Assembly: GCA_021325375.1 (NCBI GenBank)
Contig: JAJPHG010000033.1
Location: 230 to 64,229 of the forward strand
DNA from: Alphaproteobacteria bacterium
GTDB taxonomy: Bacteria; Pseudomonadota; Alphaproteobacteria; Micropepsales; Micropepsaceae
Direction of reading: 5' to 3'
DNA length: 64,000 nucleotides
Shown: one piece after another, positions 8,671 to 16,806 of the stretch
Position numbering within the stretch: position 1 is the stretch's first letter
Layout of the letters: each line of letters begins with the position of its first letter
Program-made: the position numbers and the translations under genes
The notes under the pieces: model-generated
Told to the model about the DNA's origin: nothing
What the model saw: only the letters and a program-made list of their open reading frames with translations
Databases searched by the model: none

Positions 8671-9153
8671 TCAACCTGTCCGCTTGAAGGCGCTGTCGCC
8701 GAACGCCGCGAACAGGGATCGCGGATCGCCGCCCGCACGGAGCTGATCGCGCACGTTGTGATCGCGCAGCGCGCGGGAAGCGGACACGAGGATCTCCAAA
8801 TAGGTTTCGCTCGCCGGCTCAGGACCTAGAAACAGGAGCACGAGGTCGACCTGCCTGCCGTCCAAAGCGTGGTAGTCGATCGGCCGCTGGAGGCGCGAGA
8901 ACAATGCAAACGGCCTGCGAAGCGCCTTGAACCGTATGCACGGCATCGCTACGCCCATTCCCAAACCCGTCGACGCGACGGCCTCTCTGTCGAGAAGCGC
9001 GCGAAGTATTTTCATGTGATCGATATCGACGAACGGCATTGCAAAGGCGGCCAGCTCGACAAGCAGTTGCGGCTTGCTCGTAGCGCACGAATTCACCACG
9101 GCCATGTACGGCGACGTCAAACAGCCGGCCCTTGCTGGCGCCCGAATTCTCAT
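8671..9153 (-). CDS. ptsN: PTS EIIA-Ntr (PtsN) paralogue with Cys at the phospho-His position; start uncertain (9153 ATG or 9120 TTG)
   Basis: ATSKPQLLVELA, LDREAVASTGLGMGVAMPC, RPIDYHALDGRQVDLVLLFLGP and RALRD match PTS_EIIA_2/PtsN. Confidence 0.85.
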   Translation of the reverse strand: MRIRAPARAGCLTSPYMAVVNSCATSKPQLLVELAAFAMPFVDIDHMKILRALLDREAVASTGLGMGVAMPCIRFKALRRPFALFSRLQRPIDYHALDGRQVDLVLLFLGPEPASETYLEILVSASRALRDHNVRDQLRAGGDPRSLFAAFGDSAFKRTG

Positions 9154-9204
9154 GATCGGCTCGCGCGCGGAATCCTCATCCCAAAGTCTGAATAGGCTTT
9201 GCCG

Positions 9205-9251
9205 CATAAAAATTCGATAGGAATCCGAATCGAAAAAAATAAGCGCCCGGG
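9205..9251 (-). promoter_or_regulatory. Tandem 14-bp motif pair (33-nt period), site 3, upstream of ptsN
   Basis: Minus strand CCCGGGCGCTTATT (9251-9238) and ATCGAATTTTTATG (9218-9205). Confidence 0.6.
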
Positions 9252-9275
9252 ATGGTCATGGAGCGCCGCAGATTT

Positions 9276-9322
9276 GCGGCGTCTTTATTTTTGACACGAT
9301 GAACCCGCATGGAATTTTTACG
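9276..9322 (+). promoter_or_regulatory. Tandem 14-bp motif pair (33-nt period), site 4
   Basis: GCGGCGTCTTTATT (9276) and ATGGAATTTTTACG (9309); the second copy starts 76 nt upstream of ATG 9385. Confidence 0.65.
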
Positions 9323-9384
9323 GCCCGTTTGTGTATGCCCCACATCCACGCGGCAATCAGTGTCGCATCACAGGAGAAATCAAA

Positions 9385-9885
9385 ATGTGGAAAAATGCTG
9401 GGGCTGCACTGGTGCTGGCAGCGGGGGTTGCATGCTTGGCGAGTCCGGCGCTCGCGCTGAACGCCTGGGTGAGCAAGATCGACAAGAACGCCGACGGCAG
9501 CGCGACCTATCACTTCACCATTCAGACCGATCCGGGCGAGAGCCTGGCGCCGGGCACCGACTTCGTGACCGTCTACAATCTGGCAGGCCTTGCCGCCGGC
9601 TCGGTGAAGTCGCCGGCCGGATGGAGCGCCTCGTCCGAGGAGTTCGGCAAGACGCCGACGATGAACGGATATCCGATGGTCAATCCGGTGGATATCCCGG
9701 CGCTGAACAACGTCACATGGTCGCCGACCAAGGCGGTCGGCGGCGGCGTGAAGCTGGAAGGTTTCTCGATCACCACCAGCGTGGGCGGGACGACGCAGGG
9801 CGAATACACGGCCTCCGTCACGCGCGGCAAGTCCAAGCAGGCAGTGATCGGCACCATTGAGACACCGGCTTTCTGGCCTCACTGA
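9385..9885 (+). CDS. Secreted beta-rich protein of unknown function
   Basis: AGGAG RBS; signal peptide MWKNAGAALVLAAGVACLASPALA; Gly/Thr/Ser-rich mature part. Confidence 0.8.
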   Translation: MWKNAGAALVLAAGVACLASPALALNAWVSKIDKNADGSATYHFTIQTDPGESLAPGTDFVTVYNLAGLAAGSVKSPAGWSASSEEFGKTPTMNGYPMVNPVDIPALNNVTWSPTKAVGGGVKLEGFSITTSVGGTTQGEYTASVTRGKSKQAVIGTIETPAFWPH

Positions 9886-9915
9886 GGCGGACACGGCCGT
9901 TCACGAATAGGAGAG

Positions 9916-9949
9916 CGCGCGCGACCCAAAGGCGGGTTGCGCGCGTTTT
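9916..9949 (+). terminator. Rho-independent terminator after the secreted-protein gene
   Basis: CGCGCGCGACCC/GGGTTGCGCGCG 12-bp stem (one G:U) followed by TTTT. Confidence 0.65.
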
Positions 9950-9988
9950 CACGTTGCGCGCGGCGACGGGATATTTCCCGCTTTTCCT

Positions 9989-10035
9989 ATGGAATTCTTA
10001 TGCGCGATATCGAAATTCCATATGGAATTCTTATG
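9989..10035 (+). promoter_or_regulatory. Tandem 14-bp motif pair (33-nt period), site 5, two perfect copies; probable promoter of the small ORF-barrel-kdp operon
   Basis: ATGGAATTCTTATG at 9989 and at 10022; a perfect 16-bp palindrome AATTCCATATGGAATT at 10014-10029; 86 nt upstream of ATG 10108. Confidence 0.75.
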
Positions 10036-10107
10036 GCCGTTTTCTCTAGAACCGCCGCGTGGCGAGGGCCGGATCGCAATCCCGGCGGACGCCATTCAGG
10101 TGACGTC

Positions 10108-10374
10108 ATGGCGGAAATTTTCAAGTTCGAAGACGTGGTTGGCGGCCGCAGCGGAGCTCGGCGAAACGGGGCGGCGAGGCGCATCCAGCAGGATGGGAAC
10201 GATTCCTACAGCTTCTGGCCGGAAGTTTCGTGCGGCGCCTGGTCGATAAATCCCGCGCAAGCGGATCCGAGGAATTCTCCGCAGCGCGTCCTGTCGGAAA
10301 TGATGCTGATCGTCGCAGGCGCGGGGTTCTTGGTCCTGCTGGCCACGATATTCCTCGCGGCGCCGTCTTCCTGA
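10108..10374 (+). CDS. Small C-terminally anchored membrane protein, paralogue B
   Basis: MAEIFKFED...FWPEVS...VLSEMMLIVAGAGFLVL aligns with the ORF at 8263. Confidence 0.75.
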   Translation: MAEIFKFEDVVGGRSGARRNGAARRIQQDGNDSYSFWPEVSCGAWSINPAQADPRNSPQRVLSEMMLIVAGAGFLVLLATIFLAAPSS

Positions 10375-10479
10375 ATGCGCGGCGGCTTGCGCGCCGATCG
10401 TTCCAATTCAAGCAGGAAATCACAAGACCCGGATGAAATGTCTCCGGTCAATTGAGCAGTTCGAAAAGAGGGATCCCGA

Positions 10480-12165
10480 ATGAGCATCGTTGGAATCGAG
10501 CGGCAACGCCGTGCCATCAGGTCGGGGCTGAGCGCGGCAGGCATCGGCCTGTGCGTCTCGCTCGCCGCGACAAGCGCGCTCGCGCAGACGCCGGACGCCA
10601 AGCCTGCGCAACCCGGCTGCGATACGTCCGCCGGCGTTCCCGATCCCTACAAGAATTACGCCTGCTACGAACAATATCTGGGCAAGGACGTGTTCGGGCG
10701 CTTCCTCAAATACTACAGCCTCGAGATGGGGCAGGCCTCGGCGCCCAGCGACCCGAACGCGCCGTCCACCCACCGCGACGGCTGGCCGGCGACGCCGCAG
10801 AGCACGCCACCGATGCCGTTCACCGAATGGCCCTATGGCGCGGCGACGTCGCTCGGCGTGAGCACGCCCAACGCCGTCGACAGTCCCCTGATGGTTTCCA
10901 TCGCCGATACCTCGCTCGGCCAGGCGCTGCAGGACGACCATGTGCAGGTCTATGGCTGGGTCAATGGCGGCTTCAATGTGAGCTCGAATTCGCGCCAGCC
11001 CGGCGGCAACGCGCCGATGGCGTATTTCTACACGCCCAACACGGCGGAGCTCGACCAGGTCGTGCTCTATGCGGAGCGCGTGCCGGACACGGTGCAGACC
11101 GATCACATCGATTGGGGCTTCCGCGTCTCGGCATTGTACGGCGAGAACTACCGCTACACGACGGCCTACGGAATCGACAGCTACCAGTTGCTCAAGCACA
11201 ATCTGGTCAACGGCTACGATTTCCCGATGATGTACGCCGAGGTCTATATCCCGCAGGTCGCTGAAGGCCTGCTGATCCGGGTCGGACGCTATATCTCGAT
11301 CCCCGACATCGAGGCCCAGCTCGCGCCGAACAACTACATGTACTCGCACTCGATGATGTACAGCTTCGACAACTACACCAATGAAGGCGTCGTCGCTTCG
11401 CTCGCGATCCGCAAGAACCTCATCCTGCAGCTCGGCATCGTCGACGGCACCGAGACCGCGATCTGGAATTCGGGCGAGAAGCTGAAGAACCTGGATCCCA
11501 ACCCGCTGTTCCCGAACGCGACCTTCGCCAAGGATCCGGGGAACCAGCCTTCGCTCGTCGCCTGCCTGCGCTACACCTGGAACAACGGCGACGACACGAT
11601 CTATCCCTGCGCCGACGGCATCAACAGCGGCACATGGGGCTACAACAATCTGCAATGGTACGGCTTCACCTATTATCACAAGTTCAACGACCAATGGCAC
11701 CTGTCGTTCGAGACCTACGATCTCTTCCAGAAGAACGTCGCGAACGAGAACAATCCGATCGCCGCGGCGGCGGTCGCCAATGGCGGCACGCCGTTCTCGC
11801 CGCAATACATCCCGTTCAACGCGCCGGACGAGGCGCAGTGCGCTCCGCAGCGCTTGACCTGCACGGCGATGGCGACGGGCGCCGTCGCGTATCTGAACTA
11901 CAAGTTCTCGCCGCTGGACAACATCTCGTTCCGTCCCGAGTTCTATGACGACATGCAGGGACAGCGCACCGGTGTCGCGACGAGCTACGCCAATTTCGGC
12001 ATCGGCTGGCAGCATTGGCTTTCGCCGCAGATCGAGTTCCGTCCCGAAGTCGATTTCGACTATTCGCTCGACAGGGACGCCTTCAACGGCGACTCGCTCA
12101 AGGGCATAGCGCCCGACAAGAGATACACGCTGGTCGGAGCCATGGACGTCATCGTCCACTTCTGA
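10480..12165 (+). CDS. Outer-membrane beta-barrel protein (BBP2/DUF1597 porin-like) upstream of kdp
   Basis: Signal peptide; VYGWVNGG, DWGFRVSALYG, VGRYISIPDIE and FRPEFYDD motifs; alternating beta-strand C-terminus ending in Phe (DVIVHF). Confidence 0.8.
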   Translation: MSIVGIERQRRAIRSGLSAAGIGLCVSLAATSALAQTPDAKPAQPGCDTSAGVPDPYKNYACYEQYLGKDVFGRFLKYYSLEMGQASAPSDPNAPSTHRDGWPATPQSTPPMPFTEWPYGAATSLGVSTPNAVDSPLMVSIADTSLGQALQDDHVQVYGWVNGGFNVSSNSRQPGGNAPMAYFYTPNTAELDQVVLYAERVPDTVQTDHIDWGFRVSALYGENYRYTTAYGIDSYQLLKHNLVNGYDFPMMYAEVYIPQVAEGLLIRVGRYISIPDIEAQLAPNNYMYSHSMMYSFDNYTNEGVVASLAIRKNLILQLGIVDGTETAIWNSGEKLKNLDPNPLFPNATFAKDPGNQPSLVACLRYTWNNGDDTIYPCADGINSGTWGYNNLQWYGFTYYHKFNDQWHLSFETYDLFQKNVANENNPIAAAAVANGGTPFSPQYIPFNAPDEAQCAPQRLTCTAMATGAVAYLNYKFSPLDNISFRPEFYDDMQGQRTGVATSYANFGIGWQHWLSPQIEFRPEVDFDYSLDRDAFNGDSLKGIAPDKRYTLVGAMDVIVHF

Positions 12166-12181
12166 CCGAGGAGAACGGCCG

Positions 12182-12265
12182 ATGCTCGACTTCATCCTGA
12201 TCGCCGCGGGGTTCGGCTTCTTCGTCGTCGCGATCGCCTACCAATACGTCTGCGACAGACTTTAG
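12182..12265 (+). CDS. 27-aa hydrophobic peptide preceding kdpF
   Basis: GAGGAG RBS; MLDFILIAAGFGFFVVAIAYQYVCDRL; a single TM helix ending in C-x-R-L. Confidence 0.75.
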   Translation: MLDFILIAAGFGFFVVAIAYQYVCDRL

Positions 12266-12276
12266 AGGAACGACCG

Positions 12277-12366
12277 ATGGTCATCGACTACGTACTTGGA
12301 GCGCTCGTCACCGTGGGCATCCTCTTCTATCTCGTGTTCGCCCTGATCCGCCCCGAGCGGTTTTGA
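12277..12366 (+). CDS. kdpF: K+-transporting ATPase subunit F
   Basis: AGAGGA RBS; MVIDYVLGALVTVGILFYLVFALIRPERF with the diagnostic YL..AL..PERF. Confidence 0.92.
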   Translation: MVIDYVLGALVTVGILFYLVFALIRPERF

Positions 12367-12378
12367 GGAAGGCTGGTC

Positions 12379-14106
12379 ATGACATTCAACGGCTGGATTC
12401 AGATCGCGCTGTATTTCGGGCTGCTGCTCCTGACCGTGAAGCCGCTCGGCCGCTACATGACCGACGTGTTCGAGGGCAAACGCACGTTCTTTTCCTTCCT
12501 CTTGCGCCCGATCGAGCGCGTCATCTACGCGGTCTGCGGCGTGAACGAGACGGAGGAGCAGCACTGGATCGTCTACGGCGTGGCGATGCTGCTCTTCAGC
12601 CTTGCGGGCTTCGTGTCGCTCTATGCGCTGATGCGCCTTCAGGCGACGCTGCCCTACAATCCGCAGCATTTCCCCGCCGTGAGCGAGCATCTTTCGTTCA
12701 ACACGGCGATGAGCTTCATCTCGAACACCAACTGGCAATCCTACGTCCCCGAAACGACGATGAGCTATCTGGTCCAGATGGCCGGGCTCACGGTTCACAA
12801 TTTCCTCTCGGCGGCGACCGGCATCGCGCTCGCCGTCGCGCTCATCCGCGGCTTCGCGCGGCGCTCCGCCCAGACGGTCGGCAATTTCTGGGTCGATCTG
12901 ACGCGCTGCGCGCTCTACATCCTGCTGCCGCTCTCGATCGTGGTCGGCCTGTTCTTCGTCTGGCAGGGGATGCCGCAGAACCTGAGCGCCTATGTGGACG
13001 CCACGACGCTGGAAGGCGGCAAGCAGACCATCGCCTTGGGCCCCGTCGCCTCGCAGGAGGTGATCAAGATGCTGGGCACGAATGGCGGCGGTTTCTTCAA
13101 CGCGAATTCGGCGCATCCGTTCGAGAATCCCAACGCGATCACCAATCTGGTGCAGATCCTGCTGATCTTCTCGCTCGGCGCGGCGCTGACGAACGTCTTC
13201 GGCCGCATGGTCGGCGACCAGCGCCAGGGCTGGGCGATCTTCGCGGTGATGTCGGTGCTGTTCCTGGCCGGAACGACCGTCGTCTACTGGGCGGAGGCGC
13301 CCGGCAATCCGGCCTTCGCCTCCATGCATGTCGACCAGTCGGTCACCGCCTGGCAGCCGGGCGGCAACATGGAAGGCAAGGAGGTGCGCTTCGGCATCGC
13401 CAACTCGGCGCTGTTCTCGACGATCACCACCGATGCGTCCTGCGGCGCCGTCAACACCATGCATGACAGCCTGACGCCCCTCGGCGGCATGATCCCGATG
13501 ATCAACATCCAGCTGGGCGAGATCATCTTCGGCGGCGTCGGCTCCGGCATGTACGGCATGCTGCTCTTCGCGATCGTCGCCGTGTTCGTCGCCGGGCTCA
13601 TGGTCGGGCGGACGCCGGAATATCTGGGCAAGAAGATCGAAGCGCGCGAGGTCAAGATGGCGATGCTGGCCATCCTCATCCTGCCGCTCTCGATCCTGGG
13701 CTTCAGCGCGATTGCGACGGTGCTGCCGGCAGGCCTTGCCGGGCCGGCGAATGCGGGACCGCACGGCTACAGCGAAATCCTCTACGCCTACACCTCGGCC
13801 ACCGGCAACAACGGCAGCGCGTTCGCGGGCATCAGCGCCAACACGATGTTCTACAACGTGACGATCGGTTTTGCGATGCTGATCGGCCGCTTCCTGATGA
13901 TCGTGCCGATGCTGGCGGTCGCGGGCTCCCTCGCCGAGAAGAAGATCCTGGCGCCGTCGGCGGGCACCTTTCCCACCGACGGCGCGCTGTTCGTCGGTCT
14001 CGTCATCGGCGTGATCCTGATCGTCGGCGGTCTCACCTATTTCCCCGCGCTCGCGCTCGGTCCCATCGTCGAGCATTTCGCGATGCTGGCCCACAATCTC
14101 TATTGA
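12379..14106 (+). CDS. kdpA: K+-transporting ATPase subunit A
   Basis: [28 protein letters not shown] and GNNGSAFAG selectivity-filter motifs. Confidence 0.98.
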   Translation: MTFNGWIQIALYFGLLLLTVKPLGRYMTDVFEGKRTFFSFLLRPIERVIYAVCGVNETEEQHWIVYGVAMLLFSLAGFVSLYALMRLQATLPYNPQHFPAVSEHLSFNTAMSFISNTNWQSYVPETTMSYLVQMAGLTVHNFLSAATGIALAVALIRGFARRSAQTVGNFWVDLTRCALYILLPLSIVVGLFFVWQGMPQNLSAYVDATTLEGGKQTIALGPVASQEVIKMLGTNGGGFFNANSAHPFENPNAITNLVQILLIFSLGAALTNVFGRMVGDQRQGWAIFAVMSVLFLAGTTVVYWAEAPGNPAFASMHVDQSVTAWQPGGNMEGKEVRFGIANSALFSTITTDASCGAVNTMHDSLTPLGGMIPMINIQLGEIIFGGVGSGMYGMLLFAIVAVFVAGLMVGRTPEYLGKKIEAREVKMAMLAILILPLSILGFSAIATVLPAGLAGPANAGPHGYSEILYAYTSATGNNGSAFAGISANTMFYNVTIGFAMLIGRFLMIVPMLAVAGSLAEKKILAPSAGTFPTDGALFVGLVIGVILIVGGLTYFPALALGPIVEHFAMLAHNLY

Positions 14107-14118
14107 GGTTCGAACATC

Positions 14119-16206
14119 GTGGACACAACCATCCAGAAGCCCGCAGGCGCCGAGAAAGCCCGCAAGCGCACGCAAGCCGCCACGATGACCGATCCGGCCA
14201 TCGTTTTTCCGGCCATCGGCGACGCCTTCAGGAAGCTCGATCCGCGTCACATGGCGGGCAATCCCGTGATGTTCGTGGTGGAGATCGTGGCGACGCTGAC
14301 CACGGTTCTATTCGTTCGCGATCTCGTCATGGGCGGTGTGGGGTTGGGCTTTTCGCTCCAGATCAACATCTGGCTCTGGTTCACGGTGCTCTTTGCCAAC
14401 TTCGCCGAGGCCGTCGCCGAGGGACGCGGCAAGGCGCAGGCGGACTCACTGCGCCAGACCAGAACCGACACGATGGCGAGGCTCCTCGATGACGCGGCCG
14501 GGACGAGCTGGCACTTCGTCGAGGCAACCGCGCTCAAGCAAGGCGACATCGTGCTGGTGGAGGCGGGCGACATCATCCCCAGCGACGGCGAGGTGATCGA
14601 GGGCGTGGCCTCCGTCAACGAGGCCGCGATCACCGGCGAATCCGCGCCGGTCATCCGCGAATCCGGCGGCGACCGCTCGGCGGTGACCGGCGGCACGCAG
14701 GTCATCTCCGATTGGATCAAGGTCAGGATCACCGCGGCGCAAGGCCATACCTTCCTGGACCGCATGATCGCGCTGGTCGAGGGCGCCGAGCGCCAGAAGA
14801 CGCCCAACGAGATCGCGCTCAACATCCTGCTCGCGGGCATGACGATCATCTTCGTCTTTGCCGTGGCTTCGATCCCGAGCTTTGCGGCCTATGCGGGCGG
14901 CCATATCAGCGTGCTGGTGCTGGTCGCGCTGTTCGTGACGCTGATCCCGACCACAATCGGCGCGCTTTTGAGCGCCATCGGCATTGCCGGCATGGACCGG
15001 CTTGTGCGGTTCAACGTGCTTGCGATGTCCGGCCGCGCGGTGGAAGCGGCGGGCGACGTCGACACGCTGCTGCTCGACAAGACCGGCACCATCACGCTGG
15101 GCAACCGCCAGGCGACGGAGTTCGTTGCGCTGCCCGGCGTCGGGGAGCACGACCTCGCCGACGCCGCGCAACTTGCCTCGCTCTCCGACGAGACGCCGGA
15201 AGGCCGCTCCATCGTCGTCCTTGCCAAGGAGAAATACGGCATCCGCGGCCGCGACATGGCGCCGCTCAATGCGCAGTTCATCCCCTTCTCCGCCCAGACC
15301 CGCATCAGCGGCGTCGATATCGAAGGCTCCTCGATCCGCAAAGGCGCGGTGGACGCCGTGCTCGGCTGGTGCGGAGCGGCAGGTACGGACGAGGCGGCGC
15401 GCCTCACGACGCTCTCCGACCGCATCGCAAAGACCGGCGGCACGCCGCTCGCCGTGGCGAAGGACCGCAAGCTGCTCGGCGTCATCCACCTGAAGGACAT
15501 CGTCAAGGGCGGCATCCGCGAGCGGTTCGCGGAATTGCGCAAAATGGGCATCCGCACGGTGATGATCACCGGCGACAACCCGCTGACCGCGGCAGCCATC
15601 GCGGCGGAATCCGGCGTCGACGACTTCCTGGCGCAGGCGACGCCAGAGACCAAGCTCAAGCTCATCCGCGACGAGCAGGCGCTCGGCAAGCTGGTGGCGA
15701 TGTGCGGCGACGGCACCAACGATGCCCCCGCGCTCGCCCAGGCCGACGTCGGCGTCGCGATGAACACCGGGACCATGGCGGCGCGCGAGGCCGGCAACAT
15801 GGTGGACCTCGACAGCGACCCCACCAAGCTCATCGAGATCGTGGAGATCGGCAAGCAGCTCCTGATGACGCGAGGTGCGCTGACGACGTTCTCCATCGCC
15901 AACGATGTCGCAAAATACTTCGCCATCATCCCGGCGATGTTTGTCGCCTTCTACCCCCAGCTCCAGGCCCTGAACGTCATGGGGCTGCGTTCGCCGCAAA
16001 GCGCGATCCTCTCGGCGATCATCTTCAACGCGCTCATCATCATCGCGCTGATCCCGCTCGCCTTGCGGGGCGTGACCTATAAGCCGGTCGGCGCCGCGAG
16101 CATTCTGCGCCGCAATCTTTTGATCTATGGCCTGGGCGGCATCGCGGTCCCGTTCGTCGGCATCAAGCTGGTGGACATGATCGTCAACGCCGTCGGGCTC
16201 GTGTGA
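14119..16206 (+). CDS. kdpB: K+-transporting P-type ATPase subunit B
   Basis: DKTGT phosphorylation site, TGES, TGDN and [10 protein letters not shown] motifs. Confidence 0.98.
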   Translation: MDTTIQKPAGAEKARKRTQAATMTDPAIVFPAIGDAFRKLDPRHMAGNPVMFVVEIVATLTTVLFVRDLVMGGVGLGFSLQINIWLWFTVLFANFAEAVAEGRGKAQADSLRQTRTDTMARLLDDAAGTSWHFVEATALKQGDIVLVEAGDIIPSDGEVIEGVASVNEAAITGESAPVIRESGGDRSAVTGGTQVISDWIKVRITAAQGHTFLDRMIALVEGAERQKTPNEIALNILLAGMTIIFVFAVASIPSFAAYAGGHISVLVLVALFVTLIPTTIGALLSAIGIAGMDRLVRFNVLAMSGRAVEAAGDVDTLLLDKTGTITLGNRQATEFVALPGVGEHDLADAAQLASLSDETPEGRSIVVLAKEKYGIRGRDMAPLNAQFIPFSAQTRISGVDIEGSSIRKGAVDAVLGWCGAAGTDEAARLTTLSDRIAKTGGTPLAVAKDRKLLGVIHLKDIVKGGIRERFAELRKMGIRTVMITGDNPLTAAAIAAESGVDDFLAQATPETKLKLIRDEQALGKLVAMCGDGTNDAPALAQADVGVAMNTGTMAAREAGNMVDLDSDPTKLIEIVEIGKQLLMTRGALTTFSIANDVAKYFAIIPAMFVAFYPQLQALNVMGLRSPQSAILSAIIFNALIIIALIPLALRGVTYKPVGAASILRRNLLIYGLGGIAVPFVGIKLVDMIVNAVGLV

Positions 16207-16216
16207 GGAAGCGACG

Positions 16217-16792
16217 ATGCTCAAGCAAATCAGGCCCGCCATTTTCATGATCGTCGTCATGACGATCCTCACCGGCCTTGCCTATCCGCTGGGGATGACG
16301 GGCATCGCGCAGTTGCTGTTTCCCCATCAGGCGAACGGCAGCCTGATCGAGAAGAACGGCAAGGTGATCGGCTCCGAGCTCATCGGCCAGTCCTTCGCGA
16401 GCGCCAAGTATTTCCACGGCCGCCCCTCGGCGGCAGGCAACGGCTACGACGCGGCCAACTCTTCCGGCTCCAATCTCGGGCCGACCTCGAAGGCGCTGAT
16501 CAAGCGCGTGAGCGGTGATGCGGCCAAGCTGCACGCGGAGAATCCGAGCCAGCCGGTTCCCGTCGATCTGGTGACCACCTCTGCCAGCGGCCTCGATCCC
16601 GACATCACGCCGGCCGCCGCCTATTTCCAGGTGCCGCGCGTGGCGAAGGCGCGCGGGCTCCCGGAAGGCGCCGTGCGCGGATTGGTGGATGCGCATGTGG
16701 AGGGCCGGGTCCTCGGTGTCATCGGCGAGGCGCATGTGAATGTCCTGAAGCTCAATCTCGCGCTCGACGCCATGCAAGCCGGTCATGGCTGA
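16217..16792 (+). CDS. kdpC: K+-transporting ATPase subunit C
   Basis: [25 protein letters not shown] and [14 protein letters not shown] motifs. Confidence 0.98.
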   Translation: MLKQIRPAIFMIVVMTILTGLAYPLGMTGIAQLLFPHQANGSLIEKNGKVIGSELIGQSFASAKYFHGRPSAAGNGYDAANSSGSNLGPTSKALIKRVSGDAAKLHAENPSQPVPVDLVTTSASGLDPDITPAAAYFQVPRVAKARGLPEGAVRGLVDAHVEGRVLGVIGEAHVNVLKLNLALDAMQAGHG

Positions 16793-16806
16793 GGCAGTTC
16801 AGCCGA

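Noticed and set aside
9264-9281. CGCCGCA-GATT-TGCGGCG palindrome between ptsN and the secreted gene
   Set aside because: Single short GC-rich occurrence; cannot be assigned to a regulator
9989-10035. CRISPR-like direct repeat
   Set aside because: Only two 14-15-bp copies with an 18-19-nt spacer and no cas genes; better explained as operator repeats
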